From contig JBNGDF010000005.1 in the NCBI GenBank assembly GCA_049975265.1, forward strand, positions 2,780-66,779: a DNA stretch of 64,000 bases, written 5' to 3'. The translations under genes were made by a program, and so were the position numbers. Source of the DNA: Fidelibacterota bacterium. Its GTDB lineage: Bacteria > Fidelibacterota > UBA2242. The notes below the pieces were generated by a model. That model was not told the origin of the DNA. It did no database searches and was given only the letters and a program-made list of their open reading frames with translations. Below, piece by piece: positions 42,601 through 51,485 of the stretch. Position 1 is the stretch's first letter. Each line of letters opens with the position of its first letter.

Positions 42601-42745
42601 CTCCGCTGATTTAACGGATGATGGAACGGAATCCTGGGATTTACTGACCGAAGACGGTCTGACGGTAGCCTTTGGAGTGTATATTTTTCATGTGGAGGCA
42701 CCGGGGATTGGCTCCAAAATTGGAAAATTTGCCATTATCAAATAA
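39641..42745 (+). CDS. Large secreted protein with acidic Ca-binding-like repeats, FN3-like domain and atypical C-terminal sorting domain
   Basis: Signal peptide; NGVDDDQDGLIDE and DENGNGQWD loops; AGDGKVILSW; VVPDPY...IRIFT.SG..VRTL...WDL....G..VA.GVY...KFAIIK. Confidence 0.8.
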   Translation: MCKSIIIRCLVPVTLLFLTKQGLFAGADERTTGVHDGNLVITRYSNYGNLGHRDSSPRMEWPKGTGFVYGFEFIMMAGAEVLDVNGDTVHIVSESYSHPTSGDISADGTHWYSWQPLPGYYNMGPENKLLYPAMSHKPETWPASWPHDYPGEPGTRDGLWNGEFGAYTRADQESYYVMDDRDNDEYEYYPFIGSSVDSSGYPYGRRGLGFEVKMRGYQWAAVEAEDILIVCYDIANVSHKNLETVVFGMYVDAMVGGTNDNPDHATFDDLDDITYCWDHDGVDNRGRPGLGFFGFAFLESPGDPLNGVDDDQDGLIDERQDNPRGNYIFGSIGNFGEPCWHWEGDEDGDWRPYLDENGNGQWDHGEFIGDDVGSDGIGPYDQDYPGPDPDGTEANGMPDDGEPNYNKTDNDESDQIGLTSSVLCEAQSMAPDERTWNHMKPGLFAWVQPSNLAFVYGSGYFKVMQAETRKFAIACLFGIDEDDIYRNKRTMQRIYDADYSFTKPPLKPRLTAIAGDGKVILSWDKRAELSIDPIYKEDFEGYLVYRSTDPSFNDIKTVTDAYGAPIYWKPIAQYDLVDGLKGPHPIAIEGTGAQFYMGKDTGLKYYYVDEDVQNGRTYYYAVCSYDKGYDTDFYEKGFSRYDLLAPVAPSECSKIIQTDLVGNVTSVDRNCAVVVPNAPSAGYVPGQVEEIEHIGIATGEYAVNVIVPDSVKDGHTYEITFLDDSTDWRNTKSVKVENVTAGKILYQNDYNEFEISNELFEGLQFEFDNDSTYIKEYGWRVGNCNLPVEVDTAWGVKIIRVPEDLEIRVLGPNADTTYNPLAWERYPVNFQVWSTTRNEQMDFMFSEPINKDSMLNAGDKVYPVINAKGFNYNDIWEIYFRHDTTQKDVILPQPGDIFEIKVYKPFNSDDTLRFTTAGSFVSKTEAKSSLDDVYVVPDPYVVTASWEKPLFYASGRGERRVDFVNLPQKCTIRIFTMSGKRVRTLHHSADLTDDGTESWDLLTEDGLTVAFGVYIFHVEAPGIGSKIGKFAIIK

Positions 42746-42773
42746 GCGATGTTCTCTTTAGTTGGAGTAAGAT

Positions 42774-43841
42774 ATGCCAGTTATTAAAAGTATTCGGAAA
42801 ATCGTAATTCTCTTTGCCATACTGGGGTTTTCAACAGTTCTGATGGCGCAGTTTACGGAAGATGAATATATTGAAAGTGTCTATAAAGAAGATGTCATGA
42901 AGCGGGGTACTTCGGCGGCACCCTTTCTTGAAATCGGTGTCGGCGCCAAAGCGCAGGCGATGGGTGGCGCTTTTACGGCGATTGCGAATGATGCCAGCGC
43001 CCTGTTCTGGAATCCGGCTGGCATCACCCAGATTCAGACGATATCCGCTTCGGTAATTTATACAGAATGGCTGGCGAATACGCGGCATGAGTACTTTGGC
43101 GCCGTCATACCGTTGGGAGGGCGTTTCGCCTGGGGTCTGAATGCCACAATCCTTGATTATGTGGATGAACAGCCGGTGCGGACCATTGACCAACCGGAAG
43201 GTACCGGCGAGTACTGGACGGCTTCGGATATGGCGTTGGCGACTTCCTTTGCCGCCCGGATTACCGACCGCTTTTCCTTTGGCATGAGTGCCAAATATAT
43301 CCGCATGCAGATCTGGAACGAGACCGCCAGCGCCGGAGCACTCGATTTTGGCGTCTTGTATAAATCGCAGTTGAAAGGACTGACCCTGGGAACGAGCATT
43401 TCCAATTTTGGAACCACACTGAAGCTTGACGGTCGTGATTTGGTGCGGGCGTATGATGCCGATAAGCAGCATTATTCGAATGACCAGCTGAATGTGCTTT
43501 ACAAAATGGAGAGCTATCCGTTGCCGCTGCTGTTCCGTTTCGGAATTGCCTACAGCATTACGCGATCTAAAAACCAGTTGACCCTGACCTGCGATCTGAA
43601 TCATCCGTCCAATGATATTGAGAGCATCAACGTGGGTTTGGAGTACTGTCTGCTGAATATTTTTTATTTGCGGACCGGTTACCAATCGCTGTTTGATGAT
43701 GACAGTGAAAACGGCTTGACGTACGGTTTCGGGCTGGAAACGCCGCTGAAAAATTCCTTCGGTCTGGCGTTTAGTTACTCTTTTGCCGAGTGGGGATTGC
43801 TGGAAAACGTTCAGCGTTTTTCGGTTGATTTGAAAATGTAA
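42774..43841 (+). CDS. PorV/PorQ family beta-barrel protein
   Basis: FLEIGVGAKAQAMGGAF.AIANDASALFWNPAG, LPL.FRFG, RFS. Confidence 0.88.
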   Translation: MPVIKSIRKIVILFAILGFSTVLMAQFTEDEYIESVYKEDVMKRGTSAAPFLEIGVGAKAQAMGGAFTAIANDASALFWNPAGITQIQTISASVIYTEWLANTRHEYFGAVIPLGGRFAWGLNATILDYVDEQPVRTIDQPEGTGEYWTASDMALATSFAARITDRFSFGMSAKYIRMQIWNETASAGALDFGVLYKSQLKGLTLGTSISNFGTTLKLDGRDLVRAYDADKQHYSNDQLNVLYKMESYPLPLLFRFGIAYSITRSKNQLTLTCDLNHPSNDIESINVGLEYCLLNIFYLRTGYQSLFDDDSENGLTYGFGLETPLKNSFGLAFSYSFAEWGLLENVQRFSVDLKM

Positions 43842-43900
43842 TGAAGGAAAAGATTTTAAATAAAACAAATGAATACAACAGGAATTAACAGAAGGAGAGA

Positions 43901-46498
43901 ATGATGAAAGTATGGAAAATTGTTACTCTGTTTTTCATGATATTAGTCGTTTTGAGTCCCGGAATTCTTACGGCTCAATGGGGTACCTGTCTGCATTTTA
44001 CTCAGATGGAGCATGACAAGGTAACGGTCTATGATACGCCCAGTTTGTGGCCCGGAGTCCTGAACGCCGGAACAGTGGAGTTATGGTTCAAACCGGATAC
44101 GATATTCAAGAGCGACACCCACGGTCCGGATTATACCTATATTTTCTGTAAAAATATTTCCGGAAACTGGGTTGGCGACATGGGTCTGCACTGGATTCGG
44201 GGCGAAGGAGACATGGCTTGCTTCATCCAGAGCGGTGATGCCGCCAATTATCCCACACAGACAGTCAGATCGAATAACGATGTGTTTGAAGCCCGCTGGT
44301 ATCATGTGGCTTATGTCTGGGATACCGCCGATTCCATGCGTCTGTTTATTGACGGCAAAATGCAGGATGATATCGAGCCCGATCCGAACTCGGTAGGCGA
44401 GTACTGTTATGGCGTACCAAACGGAACGCAGCTGATCAATATCGGAACCGGTGCGCAGGATATGTGGTATTCTCGTTATGAAACCTTTCCCGGTTGCATT
44501 GATGAGGTCCGGGTTTCGGGTGTAGCCCGTTATACTGAGGATTTTGAAGTGCCCGATGAACCGCTTGATGCGGATGTGTATACGGTCGCCCTCTGGCATT
44601 TTGATGAAGGCGAGGGCAATATTGCCAATGATGCCAGTGGTTACGGCTTTACCGGTACGCTGGGAGACCCCGATTCGGCACTGGGCGTAGCCACTCCGGA
44701 ATGGGTTGAGGTGATTCGTGATCCGAAGATACTGATTAATGAAGTTTTAGCCGATCCGCATGATGATGTTCAATACGGAGATGCCAATGGTGACGGGGTC
44801 CGGAATGCCTCTCAGGACGAATTCGTTGAGCTAGTTTGTGTGGCACAAAAACCGGTGGATATGACTGGCTGGAAACTGGGTGACGACGATGCGCTGAATT
44901 TTCAGTTTCCCGATGGCTATCTACTTCAGCCCAACGAATTTGTGACCATTTTCGGCGGGGGCGACGTCAGCGGATTTCCGGGATACAGTTCCGATCTTCT
45001 ACTGACAAAGGTGTTTTCAGCCGGCGGGAGCATCGGCGACGGACTGGATGAAGCCGGAGACTATGTGGTGATGCAATCGGCGAACGGGCTGGATAACACC
45101 TACCTGGCATTTGGCAGCGTAAGCGGGGATCCGACCGGGAGCGCCGTCAGTGAGCTGACCTGGGAATTTTCTCAGAGTACTGCCGCCAATGCCGCCAATG
45201 ATAATTCCATTACCCGCAGTCCTGATGCCGGACAGGATACGGATGACCCATTCACTGAACATCTGAATGTCAGCAGCGATTACTTCTCACCCGGCAAGAC
45301 GCTGGAAGGTTTTTCGACCTTAGCCTATACATTGACAATTAATATATCGCCAGCCGGTGCCGGAACTGTTGAGTTAGATGAAGAGAGTGCCGCCAAAACC
45401 GAATTCGGCTACGGAGACTTGGTCACCCTGACCGCCCATGCGAACGGGCTTTACATTTTTGATAAATGGTCCGGTGATGAGAGTTCTATGGTGAATCCGG
45501 TGATCATCTCCATGAAGAGTTCGAAAGTCATTACGGCGGAATTTATTGAAGCCTTTCAACGACCGGTCACTATTCTGATCAATGAAATTAATGCTGACCC
45601 GTCGAACGATCCGATTCTGGGTGACGCCAATGGTGACGGTTCACGCCATCCCCAGCAGGATGAGTTTGTGGAGTTGGTGAATGTCAGTACGGAGACGGTG
45701 GACCTGAGCGGCTGGATGGTCGGTGATGACGAGCGGATTAGTTTTACCTTTCCGGATGGCGTAACCATCGGACCGGGTGAGTTTGTCACCATATTCGGCG
45801 GTGGCAACATTTCCGGAGTACCGGGTTTTAATGTTAATCCGCTGAAGAGCCGGGTGTTCGTATCTGCCATTCGTGATACTCTGGGGAACGGACTTGCCAA
45901 CTCTGGTGAAACGGTGGTGGTCATTTCTGCGGACTCCTCTTATGCGATGTATTGCAATTACGGCAGCCGGTACGGACAGGGACCGCCGGTCAAGGATTTT
46001 AATGCCGGCATCTACTACAATATGCGCATGGATGCGGCAACTCCGGGCGACCAGAATCAATCGATGACCCGTTATCCGGATGGCAGTATTGATGTACTGG
46101 ATAATTTTGTACTGCATACCGAAGTGAATGAGGATAAAGAATCCTCGCCGAATTTGACTGTTGACGGCCAGGAAAGCATCACTGTCAATGCCATCGGAGT
46201 TGGAAGTGCGGATTTGCCGAGAACATTTCAGCTCTATCGCAATTTTCCGAATCCCTTTAATCCGACCACGACAATCCGGTTTGCGACACCCAAACAGACA
46301 CTGGTCAATCTGGCTGTTTATAACATGTTGGGACAGAAAGTCGCGGATCTGATGAATAAAGAGTGTGCCGCCGGGATTTATGAAGTGCAGTGGAATGGTA
46401 AGAACATCGCCGGTGAACCGGTTCCCACCGGCATTTATCTCTATAGTATTCAGGCGGACGGTTTCCGACGGACACATAAAATGATTCTGATGAAATAG
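43901..46498 (+). CDS. Secreted LamG + two lamin-tail domain protein with C-terminal sorting domain
   Basis: TVELWFKP, WYHVA.VWD, IDEVRVS; two INE..ADP...GDANGDG....QDEFVEL units; NFPNPFNPTT CTD. Confidence 0.85.
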   Translation: MMKVWKIVTLFFMILVVLSPGILTAQWGTCLHFTQMEHDKVTVYDTPSLWPGVLNAGTVELWFKPDTIFKSDTHGPDYTYIFCKNISGNWVGDMGLHWIRGEGDMACFIQSGDAANYPTQTVRSNNDVFEARWYHVAYVWDTADSMRLFIDGKMQDDIEPDPNSVGEYCYGVPNGTQLINIGTGAQDMWYSRYETFPGCIDEVRVSGVARYTEDFEVPDEPLDADVYTVALWHFDEGEGNIANDASGYGFTGTLGDPDSALGVATPEWVEVIRDPKILINEVLADPHDDVQYGDANGDGVRNASQDEFVELVCVAQKPVDMTGWKLGDDDALNFQFPDGYLLQPNEFVTIFGGGDVSGFPGYSSDLLLTKVFSAGGSIGDGLDEAGDYVVMQSANGLDNTYLAFGSVSGDPTGSAVSELTWEFSQSTAANAANDNSITRSPDAGQDTDDPFTEHLNVSSDYFSPGKTLEGFSTLAYTLTINISPAGAGTVELDEESAAKTEFGYGDLVTLTAHANGLYIFDKWSGDESSMVNPVIISMKSSKVITAEFIEAFQRPVTILINEINADPSNDPILGDANGDGSRHPQQDEFVELVNVSTETVDLSGWMVGDDERISFTFPDGVTIGPGEFVTIFGGGNISGVPGFNVNPLKSRVFVSAIRDTLGNGLANSGETVVVISADSSYAMYCNYGSRYGQGPPVKDFNAGIYYNMRMDAATPGDQNQSMTRYPDGSIDVLDNFVLHTEVNEDKESSPNLTVDGQESITVNAIGVGSADLPRTFQLYRNFPNPFNPTTTIRFATPKQTLVNLAVYNMLGQKVADLMNKECAAGIYEVQWNGKNIAGEPVPTGIYLYSIQADGFRRTHKMILMK

Positions 46499-46517
46499 TG
46501 TTAAGTGAAAGTGTCAA

Positions 46518-46552
46518 TGGGCGGCTCTCCGGTCGCCCAATGCAGCTTTTTT
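46518..46552 (+). terminator. Probable intrinsic terminator
   Basis: TGGGCGGC/GTCGCCCA hairpin followed by a T run. Confidence 0.55.
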
Positions 46553-46702
46553 GATAGCTTGGGAAAATTTTTTGTCCCCCTGAACAGTCCATTGATTTGA
46601 CGGAAGTATGTTGTGATTTTTCTACTGAACATTGAAGAAAGGAGTTCTTCGAAAAATTGATGGGGTAAGCACTCTGTAAATCCGTTGAAAAAGGAGCCAA
46701 TA

Positions 46703-47479
46703 ATGCGAAATAATCTTAAAATTGTATGGCTGGGACTACTGCTGGTTTTCGGCGCCTCATGTGCCCGAGTTGACAACCGCATAATCACCGCCCATCGGGG
46801 AGCGTCTGGCACTGCACCGGAAAATACAATGATTGCAATCCAAAGGGCGATCGAGCTGGGCGCCGGTTTTTCGGAAATTGATGTTCAGGAGACTGCCGAT
46901 GGCGAAATCATTTTACTCCATGACAAGACGTTGGAGCGGACCGGCGGTGTCGTCTGGAATATCTGGGATACACCCTATGACTCGTTGAAGAAGATTGAGG
47001 TGGGCTCCTGGTTTGCGCCGGAATATGCCGGTGAACCGGTGCCCCGGCTGGCGGATGTCATAGATGCTGTTAAGGGAAAAATAAAACTGAATATTGAGCT
47101 GAAAATCAACGGTCATGAAAAGGAACTGGTAGAAAAGGTGGTAGACCTGATTCATGAAAAAAAATTCCAGTCGGAATGCATCGTTACCAGTTTTGATCTG
47201 CAATCTGTCCAGAAAGTTCGTCAACTGGATAAAAATCTCAAGGTCGGGTTGATTTTCAGTAAATATCCGGAAAATGTGGATGTGTTTTCTCTGGATGTGG
47301 ATCTGCTGAGTGTGAAATATACGCTGGTGGATGAAGAATTTATGCGGAAAGCCCGCGCTAGTGGTAAGGATGTGCATGTCTGGACCGTCAATGACTCGGA
47401 GATGATGCAGAAGCTTCTGGATTTGGGCGTAACGAGCATTATTACCAATTATCCGGGGAAATTGAGGACGCTGATCTGA
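46703..47479 (+). CDS. Glycerophosphodiester phosphodiesterase (GDPD), lipoprotein
   Basis: Lipobox GASC, AHRGAS..APENT, EIDVQ.T.DG...LLHD, NIELK, WTVN, IITNYP; AAGGAG SD before ATG 46703. Confidence 0.93.
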   Translation: MRNNLKIVWLGLLLVFGASCARVDNRIITAHRGASGTAPENTMIAIQRAIELGAGFSEIDVQETADGEIILLHDKTLERTGGVVWNIWDTPYDSLKKIEVGSWFAPEYAGEPVPRLADVIDAVKGKIKLNIELKINGHEKELVEKVVDLIHEKKFQSECIVTSFDLQSVQKVRQLDKNLKVGLIFSKYPENVDVFSLDVDLLSVKYTLVDEEFMRKARASGKDVHVWTVNDSEMMQKLLDLGVTSIITNYPGKLRTLI

Positions 47480-47498
47480 GAGTGACAGGAGAACAGTC

Positions 47499-49496
47499 AT
47501 GAAACGTCGCATATTTAGTTGTGTAATGCTTCTACTTGTCAGCGGACAGACCCTGCCCGCACTGGACCTGCCGGCTGTTTTTGGTGATAATATGGTCCTT
47601 CAGCAGAAAAGCAAGGTGGCGGTCTGGGGCTGGGCATCTCCAAATGAGAAAGTGAGGGTCTGTGGTAATTGGAGCCGGCGCAGAGCATCTGCCATTGCCG
47701 ATGAAAGTGGAAAATGGCTAGTTCGATTAAAGACGCCCAAAGCCGGAGGACCCTATACGTTGACGGTTTCTGCGGATACGACGATTGTGTTCCGGGATGT
47801 ATTGATTGGTGAGGTCTGGTTCTGTGCCGGGCAATCCAATATGGATATGTGGATGGCCAAAGGCGCCGGAAAAGCCGGTGTTTTGAACTATCAGGAAGAA
47901 ATTGCAAAAGCCGACTATCCAAATATACGTATGTTTAAAGTTACGCAAAAATTGTCTGAATCACCAATGGAGAATTGTGTTGGCGCCTGGCAGAGATGCA
48001 CTCCGGAAAGTGTCGCCAGATTCAGTGCCGTAGCGTACTACTATGGGTTGGAATTGTATCAGGAATTGGGCGTGCCGATCGGGTTGGTTCAGAGCTCCTG
48101 GGGTGGCTCACCGGCTCAGGCGTGGACCAGCCGCGAGGCTCTGGAAAGCCATCCGGATTTTCGATATTACTTAAATGAACTTGAAGAAATTGTTCAGAAC
48201 GAGAAGAACAAGGAGCACTTAAAGCGGGAGTACGAGGAAGACCTCAATCGCTGGATCCTGGAATCTTATGCCCTGGATAAAAAAATCTGGCGGAGCTGGA
48301 TTTCACCCGAGCTGGATGACAGCGACTGGCAAAAAATGAATTTACCAAGCAGCTGGGAGAGCGCCGGACTGCCGGATTTTGACGGCACGGTCTGGTTCCG
48401 GAAGCATTTTACCGTGCCCAATGAATTTCTTGGTAAAGAGTTACTATTTGATCTTGGACCAGTCGATGACATTGATCGGACCTTCATCAACGGGAGAAGG
48501 ATAGGTGAGATTCAGGAACGGGGCAACTATAAAGTATCCCGTGAGTATCCAATTCCGACGGACTTGCTGAAGCCCGGTGACAACGTGGTTTCCATCCGCG
48601 TAACCGATTATAAGGGTAGTGGTGGAATTTATGGCGGGAGTGATCATTTGCGCATTGTTACGGCGAACAATCAGAAGGTGGTTACCGATCTCTCCGGCGA
48701 GTGGCTCTATAAAGTCGCTTATGATATTAAAGACCATCGTCCGATCCCGGAAATCCCGGGCAAGATGACAAAAACAACACCGACGGCGCTGTTTAACGGT
48801 ATGGTGGCGCCGTTAATTCCTTATACTATAAAGGGGGTTATCTGGTACCAGGGCGAAAGCAACCGATCTGAAGCCTATGTATATCGGGAACTGTTTCCGT
48901 TGATGGTTTCGGATTGGCGGGAGCGCTGGCAGTTGGGTGATTTCCCGTTTTACTATGTCCAGATAGCGCCCTTTGGTTATAAGAGTGAACATCCGATTGC
49001 TGCGGAAGTGCGGGAATCCCAACTGGTATGTCTGAACACGATTCCCAACTCAGGTATGGTTGTGACGATGGATGTTGGAGATATTGATGATATCCATCCC
49101 CGTGACAAAAAAACAGTGGGACAGAGGTTGTCACTCTGGGCATTGGCGAAAACATATCATAGAAAAGGGGTACCCTGTTCCGGTCCTTTATACAGGGAAA
49201 TGGTCGTAGAAGATAATAAGGTACGAATATATTTTGACTTTGCTGATGATGGTTTAAAAATAAACGGTGATGATCTGTCACATTTTTCAATTGCCGGTGC
49301 TGACAGCGTTTTTCAGCCGGCGAAGACAAAAATTGAAGGTAATACGATTCTTGTGTGGAATGAGAATATAACAAAACCGATTGCTGTACGTTTTGGCTGG
49401 AGTAATACGGCGGAACTGAATCTGTACAATTCTGCCGGTCTGCCGGCATCGCCTTTTCGCACCGATGACTTCCCGGTTTCCACTCAGAGAAAATAG
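47499..49496 (+). CDS. Sialate O-acetylesterase (SASA) family esterase with inserted galactose-binding-like domain
   Basis: DNMVLQQ, GEVW.C.GQSNM, WGGS, WYQGESN, DIHP, LPASPFRTD. Confidence 0.9.
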   Translation: MKRRIFSCVMLLLVSGQTLPALDLPAVFGDNMVLQQKSKVAVWGWASPNEKVRVCGNWSRRRASAIADESGKWLVRLKTPKAGGPYTLTVSADTTIVFRDVLIGEVWFCAGQSNMDMWMAKGAGKAGVLNYQEEIAKADYPNIRMFKVTQKLSESPMENCVGAWQRCTPESVARFSAVAYYYGLELYQELGVPIGLVQSSWGGSPAQAWTSREALESHPDFRYYLNELEEIVQNEKNKEHLKREYEEDLNRWILESYALDKKIWRSWISPELDDSDWQKMNLPSSWESAGLPDFDGTVWFRKHFTVPNEFLGKELLFDLGPVDDIDRTFINGRRIGEIQERGNYKVSREYPIPTDLLKPGDNVVSIRVTDYKGSGGIYGGSDHLRIVTANNQKVVTDLSGEWLYKVAYDIKDHRPIPEIPGKMTKTTPTALFNGMVAPLIPYTIKGVIWYQGESNRSEAYVYRELFPLMVSDWRERWQLGDFPFYYVQIAPFGYKSEHPIAAEVRESQLVCLNTIPNSGMVVTMDVGDIDDIHPRDKKTVGQRLSLWALAKTYHRKGVPCSGPLYREMVVEDNKVRIYFDFADDGLKINGDDLSHFSIAGADSVFQPAKTKIEGNTILVWNENITKPIAVRFGWSNTAELNLYNSAGLPASPFRTDDFPVSTQRK

Positions 49497-49514
49497 AAAG
49501 CAGATTACCATCCG

Positions 49515-51479
49515 ATGAGATTTCAAAAACACATTTTTCAGGTAGCGGCCACTTTTTTCCTCACAATAGGGAGTGGATTTTTATCAGCAATGCCCATTTT
49601 CAGCTACTATACCGGAATGGATTCAACCGATGGAATTATATATAATGCAGTGGAGATTGTTGGTATTTCCGATCCGGAAGAGGCGGTTGCCCGGGGAGAA
49701 TCCGGCTGGGGATATACAGTTCCTCAGGCAGCCCGTTTTGATACGGATTCCTCCTATATTATTACCGCAGAGAACGTTCAACTGAGTTATATCGGCGATC
49801 ACACGCTATCCGGTGAAATCTGGGTGCGACCATATCGCGGCAATGGTGTCTTGTGGACGTGGGGCGATACGAGCGGGGCAAATTTTTTACGGATGTCTTT
49901 GAAAGAGGATTGCTCTATCCGCCTTGAGCGGAGCATTCTGGACAGTGTTTATGTGGTTGATTCCGGGCGGACGCTGGATACAAACCGAATGCAATATATC
50001 CGCTGGGTCAGTGAAGTTCTGCAAGATACGCTGTATCAATCATTATGGATAAATGGACAGATCAGTTCTCAAAACAGAGACTACCTGCTGTCCGGCACAG
50101 GGTTTGTCATTTTAAGGTCCCCTTTTCAGCTGGGTGGCGTACTGAGTTCGGACAGTGCGGCACAGGCTTTTTCCGGGGAAATCCATGCGGCTACCCTTAC
50201 GAATGTTTTGTCGCAATACGAACTGTCCGCTTATCTGCCCTATGACGGCAGCCGGTTTTCCGGGATTCCCTATTATTGGGATTACGACCATTGGAAAAGT
50301 TATACCATTTCACCGACACCTGTTGGGGCGCTGATATTTGTGCCCTATGTCCACGATGATTTTGTTCCTCAGGGGCTGACCAACTCCTTTGAGGACCCAG
50401 ACTTCAGCGGTGATGGAATGATTTTTATTTCCATGTATAACAAGACGATTAATAATGTCATTGGTCTGAAGCGCTCAATTGTTGTCGAGATGGATCCCGG
50501 AAATCATTTTGCGGTGCGGCGCTGTTTTCGGCTGCGGGGACAGCTGCAATACAGCCATAATGGCGGCATTGCGTATAAAAATAACCGTATTTATATCGCC
50601 GGTTCGGGCTATATTGAAGCTTATCAGATTCCTGTCTACGATGGCGAAGGAGACGCAAAGTATCAGGACCTGTACCCAATGTCTTCCGGTTTATACGATG
50701 TGGAGGGCTCGACCTCTTTTACCACCATTTTTAATGATACTCTCTGGGTCGGTGATTTTCGTGAAGAGGATCAAAGCAATCCCTATTTGCGGGGCTATCC
50801 TCTGGACTCAAATGGCGCCATTGGCGGTACCCCAAAATATTATCGCCTGCCGCTGCAAACTCAGGGTTGTACCTGGGGTATATACGCCGGCAGGACATAC
50901 CTGTTTACTTCGATCAGTTCGGGCGGTACAAATAACAGTCTGTTGCACCGGTTTGATCGGAATGAGCTATCCGTCTATGCGGTTCCGGAGCCCGACAGAA
51001 CCCTTGAATTTCCGTCTGGAGCCGAGGATATCAGTTTTGACGGTGACGGCGATCTGTGGTGCGTTTCAGAGTCGGGTGCGAAGTACTATCAGCTGCGTGA
51101 TTCCTATCCCTGGCGCCAGTTTTTTCCTTTTATCTATGAAATAAAAAATTCAGTCCTGTTCAGCGATATTGATACGACGTTGAATCTGCAATTTCAACAA
51201 AACCGGATACCATCAAAATTTTCGGTTCAAAACTATCCGAATCCGTTTAATCAACAAACGGTCATTACCTATTCAATCATTGAAAACTCTGTCATTGATA
51301 TGGTTCTCTATGATATTTGTGGCAGAGAGCTGTCCCGACTGGTCGATCAGGAGTCGAAGCCGGCGGGCAGCTATCAGTTTGTCTGGCATACGCCGGAGCT
51401 GCCGACAGGGATATATTTCATTCTGCTGTCGGATAATCACGGTCAGCAGGCTATCCGCAAGCTGGTTTTTCTAAAGTAA
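49515..51479 (+). CDS. Secreted hypothetical protein (LamG-like N-terminus, possible beta-propeller, C-terminal sorting domain)
   Basis: Signal peptide; VPQG, HNGGIA, QG, EDISFD..G.LW.VSESGA; NYPNPFNQQT CTD. Confidence 0.75.
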   Translation: MRFQKHIFQVAATFFLTIGSGFLSAMPIFSYYTGMDSTDGIIYNAVEIVGISDPEEAVARGESGWGYTVPQAARFDTDSSYIITAENVQLSYIGDHTLSGEIWVRPYRGNGVLWTWGDTSGANFLRMSLKEDCSIRLERSILDSVYVVDSGRTLDTNRMQYIRWVSEVLQDTLYQSLWINGQISSQNRDYLLSGTGFVILRSPFQLGGVLSSDSAAQAFSGEIHAATLTNVLSQYELSAYLPYDGSRFSGIPYYWDYDHWKSYTISPTPVGALIFVPYVHDDFVPQGLTNSFEDPDFSGDGMIFISMYNKTINNVIGLKRSIVVEMDPGNHFAVRRCFRLRGQLQYSHNGGIAYKNNRIYIAGSGYIEAYQIPVYDGEGDAKYQDLYPMSSGLYDVEGSTSFTTIFNDTLWVGDFREEDQSNPYLRGYPLDSNGAIGGTPKYYRLPLQTQGCTWGIYAGRTYLFTSISSGGTNNSLLHRFDRNELSVYAVPEPDRTLEFPSGAEDISFDGDGDLWCVSESGAKYYQLRDSYPWRQFFPFIYEIKNSVLFSDIDTTLNLQFQQNRIPSKFSVQNYPNPFNQQTVITYSIIENSVIDMVLYDICGRELSRLVDQESKPAGSYQFVWHTPELPTGIYFILLSDNHGQQAIRKLVFLK

Positions 51480-51485
51480 GGTACG

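Noticed and set aside
42831..43868. 345-aa minus-strand ORF
   Set aside because: Antisense shadow of the PorV-family gene; no motifs
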